From Octopus vulgaris (lineage: Eukaryota), in the NCBI GenBank assembly GCA_951406725.2, contig OX597819.1:77624001-77688000 (forward strand): 64,000 nt of DNA, written 5' to 3'. Shown here piece by piece: positions 13,112-26,198 of the stretch. The notes under the pieces are model-generated. The model made no database searches. It saw only the letters and a list, made by a program, of their open reading frames with translations, and was not told where the DNA came from. Both the position numbers and the translations under genes were made by a program. Each line of letters starts with the position of its first letter. Position 1 is the stretch's first letter.

Positions 13112-13114
<3 letters not shown>
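11181..13114 (+). mobile_element. R4/Dong-type non-LTR retrotransposon, 5'-truncated, inserted in (TAA)n
   Basis: RT motifs GIFQGDTLSP and YMDD, CCHC finger CRICGDGQETINHIISSC, RHD, RPD...D...KxxKY restriction-like endonuclease. Short 3' UTR. TAA runs on both sides. Confidence 0.92.
11183..13011 (+). CDS. Reverse transcriptase / restriction-like endonuclease polyprotein of the R4/Dong element (N-terminally truncated; one frameshift at the A7 run 12726-12732)
   Basis: ORFs 11051..12742 and 12772..13011 join if one A is added (HEEKKCFLIDVSVPADDNVSLKEMEKLSKY). No native start codon. Confidence 0.75.
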
Positions 13115-13176
<62 letters not shown>

Positions 13177-13209
13177 TAGCAATACTACTACTACTAATAA
13201 TAATAATGT

Positions 13210-14224
13210 AAACCAGCACAGAAAAAGCTATGCGTATGAAAACCCGCGCAAAAACTGCTGCCTTAGATATTCTTACTGATAAATGGCAAGAAAAATCTCT
13301 CAATAGCAAATATCCAAAGAGAGGTAATAATGCCGATATTGACAAAGCCCTTACCCATCAATGGTTAGTGTCGTCTTGCTTAAAATCAGAAACAGAAGGG
13401 TTTATCATAGCAGCTCAAGATCAATGCCTACCTACAAGGAACTACCAGGTCAACATATTAAAGAACGGCGGTAGCCCAACATGTCGTGTATGTAAACAAC
13501 AAAATGAAATCATTGATCATGTTGTCTCCATATGCAGTCTTCTTGCGCCTACAGAGTATCTCAACAGGCATGATAGAGCAGCACAGAATATTCACTGGGT
13601 AATTTGAAAAAAACTGGATCTGCCCCACGATAAAAACTGGTGGGAACACAAACCACCTCCAGTGCTTGAAAATAACCACATCTCACTCCTCTGGAACATC
13701 GCCGTTCAAATTGACAGAAAGAAAGATGAGAATAGGCCAGACATTATATTGAAAGACTTCAGACAAAAATAATGCCTCCTCATTGATATGACTGTCCCAA
13801 TCGACATAAATGTATCTGCTAAGACCTACCAAAAACTTAGCAAGTATAAAGATTTTGAAATAGAAATGGGCAAAATGTGGAACCTCAAGACTAAAACAAT
13901 ACCTGTTGTCATAAGTGTCCTAGGAATGACAGAAAAAGGGGCTGATTCTTACCACGAAACCCCAAACTGGCAGAAATTCAAAAGATAGTGCTCATGGGAA
14001 CTGCCCATATCCTACGTAAAATATTATCTATGTAATTTCAAATTTTAAAACAAACTTATAATTTTCTTATGTCTTCTTAAACATTCTCTAGAATAATACT
14101 ATGTGCAAAACCAAATATATGACATCCTAGGCTTAACACCAACTTGAACTTCTAACTTGTCTCTTGAGGTGTCTGGGTTTAATTTGGAGTCAACTTGTAC
14201 AACTACAAAGCAAAAGTCAAACAT

Positions 14225-14225
<1 letters not shown>
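13210..14225 (+). mobile_element. R4/Dong-type LINE, second family, 5'-truncated and degenerate
   Basis: KWQEKSLNSKY...SETEGFIIAAQDQ...CRVC...RHD...RPDII with stops. Nearly colinear with 16390-17080. Confidence 0.88.
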
Positions 14226-14295
<70 letters not shown>

Positions 14296-14307
14296 AATAA
14301 TAATAAT

Positions 14308-14890
14308 CCTTTCTACTATAGGCACGAGGCCTGGAATTTTGGGGGTAGGGACCAGTCGATTAGATCGACCCCAGTACGCAATTGGTACTTAATTTATCGA
14401 TCCCGAAAGGATGAAAGGCAAAGTTGACCTCGTCGGATTTGAACTCAGAATGTAGTAACGGGCGAAATACCGCTAAGCATTTCTTCCAGCGTGCTAACGG
14501 TTCTGCCAGTTTTCTAATATAGGTAAAAGCTCTGGATTTTGTGGGGAGGGGTAAGTCGACTACATCGACCCCGGTGTTTTACTGGTACTTAATTAATCGA
14601 CCCTGAAATGATAAAAGGCGAAGTCGACCTCGGTGGAATTTGAACTCAGAATTGATAGACGGGAGAAATATCGCTAATCATTTTGCCCGGTGTGCTAACG
14701 ATTCTGCCAGTTTTCTACTATAGGTACAAGGCCAGCAATTTCGAGGGAGGGGCTAAGTCGATTACATCGACCTCAGTGCTCGACTGAAAGGATGACAGGC
14801 AAAGTCAACCTCAGTGAATTTTGAACTTAGCGGACGAAGTACCGCTTAGCATTATGCTTGGTGTGCTAACGGTTCTGCCAGTTCGCCGCC

Positions 14891-14951
<61 letters not shown>

Positions 14952-15160
14952 TAATTATAATAATCCTTTCTACTAAAGGGAAAGACCTGAAATTTGGGGG
15001 GAGGGGGCTAGTCGATTACATCGACCCCAGTGTTTTACTGGTACTTAATATATCGACCGCGAAAGAATAAAAGGCAAAGTCGAACCCAGAACGTTAAGAC
15101 AGACAAAATGCCACTAAGCATTTTTCTCGACGTACTAACAATTCCGCCAGCTCAATGCCC

Positions 15161-15224
<64 letters not shown>

Positions 15225-15423
15225 CCTCTCTACTATAGGCACAAGGCCTAGATTTTGTGGGAGGAGGCTAGTCGATTACATCGCCCCCAGTGCGTAACTA
15301 GTACTTACTTTATCGACCCCGAAAAGATGAAAGGCAAAGTCAACACGCGATTTCTGAACTTAGATAAAATGCCGCTAAGCATTATCGCTTGCCGTGGCAA
15401 CGGTTCTGCCAGCTTGCCGCCCT
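14308..15423 (-). mobile_element. Array of five SINE family A copies separated by (TAA)n or directly fused
   Basis: Units at ~14308-14510, 14511-14710, 14711-14891, 14964-15161 and 15224-15423. Confidence 0.85.
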
Positions 15424-15480
15424 AATAATAATAATAATGATAATGATGATGATAATAATAACAACAACAACAACAATAAC

Positions 15481-15542
<62 letters not shown>

Positions 15543-15543
<1 letters not shown>

Positions 15544-17079
15544 TTTTCCAGGGTGACTCACTGTCACCACTCCTCTTTTGTTTATTCTTAATACCTCTCT
15601 CAAAGCTGCTCAATGATGCGCAGTACGGGTATAAAATGTTTGATAAAAATATAAATCATCTCGTTTACATGGATGATTTAAAGCTTTTGCAAAAAATGAT
15701 CAACAACTCAAGGGCTTACTAGCGATAGTCAAACAATTCAGTGACGACATCAGAATGCAATTCGGCCTCGATAAATGTGCAAAGGCTACCTTTATCAAAG
15801 GAAAAATGACAGAAACATCTAACGTTAACCTTGACCAACAGAATGTCATAAAAGAACTAGACCCAGCGGAGAGCTACAAGTACCTAGGGGTAATTGAAGG
15901 GAACGGAATAAGGCATTCAGAGATGAAGGAAAGGATCAGGAGAGAATGCTATCGAAGAGTGAGAGCAATACTCAAGACAGAGCTGAATGCAAGAAACAGG
16001 ATCGAAGCGATTAATGCATTAGCCATACCAGTCGTGGCTTACAGTTTCAATATTGTTAACTGGTCAATTACTGAAATATGTCAGCTCGACAGAAAAATAA
16101 GGAAACTGTTGACAATGCATAGAATGCACCACCCTAAGGCAGATACAGAACGACTCTATCTGCCAAGAAAAGAGGGAGGCCGTGGTCTTTTGCAACTGGC
16201 AATAACAATGAAGATTGCTACAATTGGCCTAGACACCTACCTGAAAAACTCTGAGGACTGGATGTTAAAACTTGTCTCAAAACATGAAAACAAGAAAGCA
16301 TCATACTCAGTCACAAAACAGGCAAAGGAATATCTAAGTGAATTCCGAATACAACCAATTTCGGAATTAGAGATAGATATACAAGAAACAAGCACAGAAA
16401 AAGCTAGGCGCATGAAAACCCGTGCCAAAACTGCGGCCTTAGATATTCTGAATAATAAATGGCAAGAAAAACCTCTCTATGGCAAATACCCAAAGAGAGC
16501 GAATAATGAAGATATCGACAAAGCCCTGACCCATCAATGGCTAATGGCCTCTGGCTTAAAATCTGAAACAGAGGGGTTTATCATAGCAGCTCAAGATCAA
16601 TGCCTACCAACAAGAAACTACCAGACCAACATATTAAAGAACGGCAGTAGCCCAACATGTCGTGTATGCCGACAACAAAATGAAACCATTGACCATGTTG
16701 AAATCAGCAAAATGTGGAAGCTGAAGACTAAAACAATACCTGTTGTCATAGGTGCCCTGGGAATGATAGCGAAAGGGACTGATTGCTACCTAACTCAGAT
16801 ACCAGGAAACCCCAAAATGGCAGAAATTCAAAAGATAGTGCTCATGGGAACTGCTCATATCCTACGCAAAATACTCTCTATGTAATCCCAAGGTTTAAAA
16901 CAAACTTTTTATTTATTTATTTATTTTTTTTATGTATTAGACATTCACTAGTACAACACCAAAAAAAAGAAAAAAAACCCCCAAATATATGGCACAGAAC
17001 TTCCAACCTGTTGTCTCTTGAGGTCTCTGGGTGAGACTTGGAGCCAACTTGTACAGACATAAAGCAAAAGTCAAACATA

Positions 17080-17080
<1 letters not shown>
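15543..17080 (+). mobile_element. R4/Dong-type LINE (same family as the 13210 copy), 5'-truncated, with an internal in-frame deletion of the nuclease
   Basis: Begins FQGDSLSPLL, has YMDD, ORF 15755..16885, junction ETIDHV|EISKMW at 16699/16700. Flanked by (TAA)n. Confidence 0.9.
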
Positions 17081-17142
<62 letters not shown>

Positions 17143-17159
17143 GAAGAAGAAGAAGAAGA

Positions 17160-18492
<1,333 letters not shown>

Positions 18493-18519
18493 GAAATGAT
18501 GATGATGGTGATATTGATT

Positions 18520-19402
18520 ATTATTTTTTGTTTAATTGCCATCAAGACCTAGTCATGTATACAACAGTGTTACAAAAATGTTACAAAGACATGTCAGGTA
18601 TAACGAGGGAGAGAAAAAAATATTATTCAATGTATTGGAATGTACAAAAAAATAATAAATTACGCAAAATGATTAAATGAATATTTATAAACTCAATATT
18701 ATAATAATATAATTAAAAAAAAATACTGGTAATAATTAAGAGTTTCCCACGCACACACAAGCGAGAAGCTGTCACCTTCGTTTGTCCCCTCCTCCAGCTC
18801 TTGTTAAATTTTCACTTTCCTATCCTCCGCATCTTCCACATCTAGATACACGAATTGGTTGTCCCCAAGGTGCCAGGACACAACTCTGGTGTCTAGGTGG
18901 GTATGAAAGGATTCGCTTCCTCCTCGAGGTTACTGTATAACTCACCTTGCACAAATAAATTGTTTTTATAAGCTGTCTGTTGCGTGTGGAGTCAAAACTT
19001 CTCAAACTGTACTTCGTCTTCTCTTTCTTCCTGCATGTCAAAAGTTATCACCAGGTCCTCGTTAGCTACACAAAACACTGCGGATTTCATAACTTCCAAT
19101 GTGGTTGGTTATGGGCTCATCTTCGCGTGCTTTATTCGCTTTTTGTTTAGGTTGTTTTTTTTTTCTTAGTTTACAGCCCTTGTTCCTTCTCTATGCCTTT
19201 TCTCATTGTCTCAAGACAACGGTACTATTAGTTGTGGCCGTAGGAAGTAACCACTGGTCATCAGTTATTGGCACTGGAGATGTGATTTCTTTTGCAGTTC
19301 TCGGACGTGCAATCGGTGCCGGTACTGATGGTGTCTCTGGGATTTGCTTAATCATTTCTGTTGCCTCTGATGTTGTTCATCGGCCTCTCTCCTCCTCTGC
19401 AA
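18520..19402 (-). mobile_element. Unclassified retroelement-like fragment
   Basis: Minus strand has a decayed Pro/Thr/Lys-rich reading frame, then a T-rich 3' region ending attaaacaaaaaataataat. Confidence 0.35.
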
Positions 19403-19655
19403 AATCGACCTCGGCGGAATTTGAACCCAGAACGTAGCGGCAGAGACGAAATACCTATTTCTGTACTACCCACAAGGGGCTAAACACAGAGAGGACAAAC
19501 AAGGACAGACAAACGGATGACGTAACTGGTACTTATTTAATCGAACCCGAAAGGATGAAAGGCAAAGTCGATCTCGGCGGAATTTGAACACAGAACGTAG
19601 CGGCAGACGAAATACTGCTAAGCATTTCGCCCTGCATGCTAACGTTTCTGCCGCC
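19403..19655 (-). mobile_element. SINE family A, dimeric variant
   Basis: Two family A cores separated by the gtctgtccttgtttgtcctctctgtgtttagccccttgtgg module. Confidence 0.8.
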
Positions 19656-19899
19656 TTTTGAAATTGATAATTGAAAGTTTCTGACTACTGAAACACTCAA
19701 CAACTCGCACAACGTTCCATCATAAGATATCTAAAAATAGTAGCTAAATTACCCTTAAATCTATTTCTATCTTACAAAAGAAGGATATATTTTGGATAAT
19801 TAGTCCTGGAAACGCCGTCTGAAAATAAGAAAGAATGGTCATAGAATGCTTTGATTACAGGTTTGTTTCATCACCCATCAAGAGTAAGGAGCTGGTTTT

Positions 19900-19955
19900 C
19901 TCAAGAATACTTCTGGATGCCTGAAGATGTCCGGTTGCTCGGCTCCAACCGGAGC

Positions 19956-19957
<2 letters not shown>
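19900..19957 (+). mobile_element. Extreme 3' tip of a probable R4/Dong-type LINE
   Basis: SRILLDA* followed by hairpin tccggttg/caaccgga and directly by (TAA)n. Confidence 0.4.
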
Positions 19958-19996
<39 letters not shown>

Positions 19997-20019
19997 TAAT
20001 AATAATAATAATAATGATA

Positions 20020-20090
<71 letters not shown>

Positions 20091-20660
20091 GATGGCGATG
20101 ATGATGATGATGATGGTGATGATATCATTACCAATAATTTATATTAATGATTCACAGCAACTTTTGAAAAATGCTTGGCTGTATGCTTCTCTTTTAATAT
20201 CGTTCATATTAAATTTACTTCTGTGCCTATTTATACAGTTTATATCGGTTCTTCAAATTTATCTATTATTTCTTTTGCGTGATAATGTGGAATCTTCTTT
20301 CATGGTGCTGGCCATGTAAGCGAATGCTGAAATACGGTTAGGAGATCTCTTGTATAATGCATATATGGTGAGGTAATGAAGTACTTTATAATTAGGCAAT
20401 AATTCGGTGGTGAATTGAGGAATCAAAAGAGTAATAGACAAAATTCTTGTGGTATTTATTACGAATATTTATGTTCTAATTTCGAATCTCACCAAGATCG
20501 ACTTTTGGAGTTCAATATTTCAAAGTCAATAAAATACGCACTAATACAACATAATTAACGATACCCATCCTTTAAATTTGTGAACGTGTGCCTTTGTTAG
20601 AAATCAATTATACAGTATTTTTACTATGATATATACCCATCGTAGACCCACCATAGTACA

Positions 20661-20805
20661 CGCATTGGGCTTGAGAGATATAAATGATTAGGCTATAAAT
20701 AAAATGCAGTGCTGTTGGCAGTATACGAACCATCGATCCTTCGGTCAATAGTCCCATAACTTATCGACTGGACCAGATAAGACTCTACACAAAAGAGATT
20801 AACAA
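20661..20805 (-). mobile_element. tRNA-headed repeat (family E), copy 1
   Basis: Reverse complement of 23068-23211. Degenerate A box and B box ggttcgtatac. Confidence 0.6.
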
Positions 20806-21944
20806 ATCAAAATGCCGATCATTGAAATCTAACTGGCAAGTCGTAGGAGAGATTGGTGGGAATGGAGAGAAGGTGATAGCGAATACAATGAACGCTAGAC
20901 AAATGGGCAAATAGATAGATAGATAGATAGATAGATCTGGTTAGGCCCAGTCTAGCCCTGATCGAGTCGTCTTTATATTGATAAATAGATGAAGGAGGGA
21001 GATTGTGGTCGGGGAGAGGGGGAGAGAGAGAAAGCGATGCCATTGCTTATCATGCTTGTGCGGAGATTTTGTATGGTAAAATCCCATATAATCATGAAAT
21101 GGATTCATCATCCAAACGGCAGATTGACAAGCAAAACGTTAAACTGACAAATGATACGGTCACTTGACAACGTAAATGGTGTATTGAGAGATGGTTCATT
21201 GATCAAAATGTTAGATATTGTGGATCAGCAATTAAGATAGTTGATCAGTAAAACGAAGCACTGAATCGACAATTAAAATGATGGATCAACACGTAAAGTT
21301 ATTGCTAAGAATTGATGAATCGGAACAATGAATCGGCAGCTGAAATGATTGATCTGCAGTAGGGAAAATGTGTCTTAAAAATTGAAAGAATTTATCAGCA
21401 TTCAAAACAGCGGCTCATCCATAAGCAGAAATACAAATAAATGAAATAATGGGTCTATAAATGAAAATGACGGGTTTCCATTGAAAGTTTTTCATGATAA
21501 AGCTAATGGCTTTCTGTTTACAAATTCATCTATTTAGGGATTTTTAGTCATGTATTTCTGAATTACTATGACATCATTCTGCTGCGGGATGAGGTGTCGC
21601 TTTGATAGGAACTATTCTTGTTTCAATTTTCGCTTAAAAAGAAACGAAACAAATAAAAACTAAAGTGGTGTTAGAAGATATTATATATAACTAATCAAAC
21701 GAATAATTAGAGATTTCTGACGTAAGTACAAAGCGAACACGGAATAATATAATGTTTGGATGGATTCCAGTACGGGATTGGTTATGATTCTATCGACTCG
21801 GCAGAATTTGAATTGAAAACGTAAAATACATAATTAGATACTGCATGATGTTTTGTGGACCTGTCCACCGAATCTGCCAATCCATCACTCTTCTGTAAAT
21901 CCAAGTAACAATAAGGATCATATGCATGTATTATTATAAATACA

Positions 21945-22250
21945 AGTGAGTGAATTTGGTAGACAGAAACTGAGAGGAAGCTTGTTTTGTGTGTGTATAC
22001 ACACACACACACATATATATATATGTGTGTGTGTGTGTGTGTATTCGTGTTTGTCAACCTCTAACGCTTGACAACTGATGTTGGTTTGTTTATGTCCATG
22101 TAAATTAGCGGTTCGGCAAAAGAAACCGATAAATTAAGAGCCAGAAATAAAAAAAAATAAGTATTAAGTATCGATCTGTTCGGTTAAATCCTTCAAGGCG
22201 GTGCCCCAGTATGACCGCAGGCCAGTGATTGAAACAAGTAAAAGATTTAA
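21945..22250 (+). mobile_element. SINE family B, 5'-truncated
   Basis: gtgagtgaatttggtagacagaaactga, microsatellite, then the 3' module. Confidence 0.8.
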
Positions 22251-22845
22251 AAAATGGATATTGCATTGTCAGATAGAATGAAGTACTGCAAATTGACGGA
22301 ATGTTAGGGCATTGGACGTTCTAACAACTCTGTTCTAACGAATCTACCAATTTGCCGATGTAATCAAGCAGGCCATGAATCAATGATGGGCTTCCACGTG
22401 GTTGTCTAGCTTTCTAGAAATAGTAGCTAAATTCCCTTAAATCTATTTGTATCTTTCAAAAGAAGGAGATATTTTGGATAATTAGTCCTGGAAACGCCGT
22501 CTGAAAATAAGAAAGAATGGTCATAGAATGCTTTGATTACAGGTCTGCTTCATCAGAGCTAACCAGGAGCCAAATAACAAGTTTCGTGGATACTACCTTA
22601 AATCTAATCGCATGTATTGGTGTGAAATTCACACCCCAAACACTGAATATTATATTTGCTATGTATTTCGACTAAGATAATATATGATCATCTCCGGATT
22701 CAATTTTGAAATATCAAATTTTAGTTTTAAACGGGTGAAAACACCCCACTTGGAAACAAAATTCGAAAAAAAGTTGAAATAGAAAAATGTAAAAAGGATT
22801 TGTTAGTTACGTCTTGTGGTTTACTTGAAACATTGTCTTATAAGT

Positions 22846-22994
22846 CAGTGGTGTCTTAAGACATGGGGACACTGGGCAGTTGCCCAGGGTTCCTCATAGG
22901 TTTAGGGGCCCATTTCTGATCTATGTTTGATGTGGCTATAGGGTCTAGTACACTGATTCGCCCAGGAACTTATAATGCTACTAAGTCGGCTCTG
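22846..22994. mobile_element. hAT-like MITE
   Basis: Imperfect terminal inverted repeats cagtggtgtcttaa / ctaagtcggctctg. 8 bp flanks ttataagt and atatgagt match 6/8 (putative TSD). Confidence 0.55.
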
Positions 22995-23067
22995 ATATGA
23001 GTACCGAAAAATGAAAAACGCTTGCCAACACATGTGCAGCCAGTTGTCACTCATAAGCAGTTTGACT

Positions 23068-23211
23068 TGTTAATCTCTTTTGTGTAGATCTTATCTGGCC
23101 CATTCGATAAGCTATAAGACTATTGGCCGAAGGATCAGTGGTTCGTATACTGCCAACAGCACTGCATTGTATTTATCGCCAAGTCATTTAGATCTCTCAA
23201 GCCCAGTGCGT
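23068..23211 (+). mobile_element. tRNA-headed repeat (family E), copy 2
   Basis: tggcccattcgataag (A-box-like) and ggttcgtatac (B-box-like). Inverted homolog at 20661-20805. Confidence 0.6.
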
Positions 23212-23341
23212 AATGGCTTGGTACCATGTACCGTGTTGTTTGAGCTAGTTATTTGAGCTACCTTTGTAGTTGTTAGCTGACATAAATACCTTCTCGGCTT
23301 CCCTCAGCCTGGACCTAGCGACACATCCGGGATATCACAGC

Positions 23342-23378
<37 letters not shown>

Positions 23379-24965
23379 TACAAGTAATCGGTTGATACTC
23401 ATTTACGGCAGATACCCATTTAGACCAAGGGACCGTGAAATGAAATATCTTTAAAAAATAATAATAATACTTAAGAGACCGATAGAATAAGTAATAGGCT
23501 TACAAAGAACAAGTCATGGGATCGATTTCTTCGACTAACACTCTTTAAGGTGCTGCTCCAGCATGGCCGCAGTTAAATGACTGAAACAAGTAAAAGAATA
23601 AAAGAGTATTTTCTTCTTTTCAAGTGTCTGTAAGGAAATCCGAAATGAAACCTTAAAGTAATCACTACGCAAAGGCGTTATGACATGCGCAGTTATATAA
23701 AGACATCTGTTATTGGTTTGTAGCGAGTATCTAATGTTAAGGTGAACTTTTATGTTTGTGGATAACATACAACGAGTTTCATGTTTCATGCTTGATGTTC
23801 CAACACCTGCATGATTGCGTATTTCCTTCCATTACAAACTTGGCTACATCGTGATTTGGTTGTATTCTATTCTACTTGAGGTCATTAATTTCGCAAATCA
23901 ATGGACGATTAGCGTTCATTTATGCCCCCTGGCGTTCTTGACCATTTTCAGCAGGCCTTCAAATCAAAAGAACGTAATAGCTGGATAGTTATAATAGAAT
24001 TCTTCATGAATTCTTTTTTCTCTCTTACTATCCGGGTTGAACAACCTTGGTTTATTAAGACTGCACACACATGTACACAAAGATATACGCAGTTACTCTA
24101 ATACGCATCATTCCAAAGGAACCTCATATTGCTAAACGTCTCCAAGCCCTCTGGTAAAAGTTTTTAAAGGGGATTTTGGAGGAGGTAAAAAAAATTGTAA
24201 GCGTCGAAAATGACTTAACATGGAGTTGGTGAAATTTGAAACAAATCCAGAATTTTAATGACCATAACCAATGAAAGCAGGAAAAAAGTGTAAAATTAAC
24301 GAAAGCGATTTAATTTGTGATTATGGTTGTTGAGTAAGAACACCGATGTTTCCAAATTAGGACCATTTCAATTAGAACTACTCTGCTAATTCAAAATACT
24401 TCGAGTGTCGATTTGGCAGAGTAACTCTAGCATAAGGTGAAATGTCTTGAGGTATTTACTCCAGTTCTGTGTATTTCAAGTTCAAATCCCGATAAGTCAA
24501 TTTTTTATACTTTTCTTTATTTTCTGAAGTGGACGGAGTCGGTAAATAAAATACTAATCAAGGTCGGTTGACTGGCTGAATTGTTAGAGCGTCGGTTGGA
24601 ATGTCTTATGGTATATATTCTGGCACGTTGCTGTTGCTGGTAAACTTAGTCCTCCGCCCGGCTTAATAATAATGTGACCACATGGCCCTTCGAGTACCTT
24701 TAGCAAAGTTTACCATGTTACCCAATTTCTCCCAGAAATTATGGAGATTCTGAAAAGGGTTCTAGGCATATTCTTTTATTCTTTTACACGTTTCAGTCAT
24801 TTGACTGTGGACATGCAGGAGCACCGACTTAAAGCCTTATAGCCGAAGAAATTGAACCCAGGACTTATTCTTTGTAAGCCTAATACATATTCACTTTTGC
24901 CGAGTCGCTAATTTACGGGGACATAAACACACTAGCATCGGTTGTCAAGCGATGGTAAAGGGACA

Positions 24966-25047
<82 letters not shown>

Positions 25048-25052
<5 letters not shown>

Positions 25053-25704
25053 CATAAATGAGGGCAAAGGAAAAAAATTCTAATGCCAAATATGCCGAAA
25101 AATTGGACATATTGTCCAGTAACCATATAATTTTTTCACAATACGCACGCTACTCGAAGAAAGGTCGACAGAACTTTCTAAAAACTTCCCTTATTACCAT
25201 ATCGGACCGATTTCAGAGTTAGCTACTAAGAGCCCTCTCTTCGTCAGTGATACATGTGGCAAAAGAAATAAATGAGATACTTACTCATACCCATGGAAGA
25301 AGCAAATACTAAATTATGGGCACAACTAAGTACCCCAAATACATCCAAAATAGAAATACTCCAGCCCATTCGAGGCACGTGCGATTTGAACTGAGGCTCT
25401 CACAGAGTGAGTTAGTTAGTTCGGAAGTGAACGCTTAAATTTATATCAAATGTGAGGATAAAATTCTTTTCGAAAAAAAATATTTTCTCGAAAAAAATCT
25501 TATCAATGGCCAGCATATTAAAAAATACCATTAACGGTTAAATTTGCCCTCATTTATGAATTGTTTAGAATTTTTTAGAAATTTCTGTCGACCTTTTTTC
25601 GAGTAGCGTGCGTAACCGTTAAAGGTATTTTTTAATATGCTGGCCATTGATAAGATATTTTTCGAGAAAATATTTTTTTTCGAAAGGAATTTTATCCTCA
25701 CATT

Positions 25705-25705
<1 letters not shown>
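25048..25705. mobile_element. Fold-back, hammerhead-bearing element (Penelope-like or retrozyme-like)
   Basis: Inverted pairs 25048-25069/25543-25562, 25143-25188/25569-25613 and 25450-25539/25613-25704. Flanked by (TA)n on both sides. Confidence 0.65.
25200..25252 (-). ncRNA. Type I hammerhead ribozyme motif
   Basis: Minus strand: tatca CTGACGA ag AGAG..16nt..CTCT GAAAT CG GTC cgata. Core intact; minimal near-palindromic stem III; one mismatch at the base of stem I. Confidence 0.7.
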
Positions 25706-25746
<41 letters not shown>

Positions 25747-25912
25747 CGGGGTTCTATCAGTTTCTATCTACCAAATCCATTCAGAAGGCTTTGGTCGGCC
25801 CGAGGCTATAGTAGAAGACACTTGCCCAAGGTGCCACGCAGTGGGACTAAGGCCGGAAATGGTTGTGAAGCAAGGTTCTTACCACATAGCCACGCATGTG
25901 CCTATACATACA

Positions 25913-25990
<78 letters not shown>

Positions 25991-26078
25991 ATTGATAGAA
26001 AGAATGAAAGAAACCTCGATATTATGTAAATAGAAAAATTTATCTGTAAATATAATGTGACAATTATTCGGTTGCTAT

Positions 26079-26139
26079 GATAAAACTCCGAGTTTCGGAT
26101 ATCGGGGCGGAAACCCACGCCGGCATCTCTTCAGTTATC
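26079..26139 (-). ncRNA. Type I hammerhead ribozyme motif
   Basis: Minus strand: gataa CTGAAGA GATGCCGGCGTGG-gttt-CCGCCCCGATATCC GAAAC TC-G-GA GTT ttatc. Perfect 5 bp stem I and intact core. Confidence 0.78.
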
Positions 26140-26198
26140 GGGCCATCAAAAAAAAAAATGCCTTTCTGTGACCTGGCATTTTTTTTTTGATGGCCCTG

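Larger units (their letters stand above)
24770..25905 (-). mobile_element. SINE family B split by a ~660 bp fold-back insert in its microsatellite
   Basis: 3' module at 24770-24970 and 5' module at 25743-25905. Confidence 0.8.

Noticed and set aside
14308-15423. Regularly spaced repeats suggestive of a CRISPR array
   Set aside because: Units are ~200 bp SINE copies in eukaryotic DNA, with no unique spacers and no cas genes.
19921-19957. CTGAAGA followed by a strong hairpin, resembling half a hammerhead
   Set aside because: No GAAA box follows; better explained as the stop codon and 3' UTR hairpin of a Dong-type tip.
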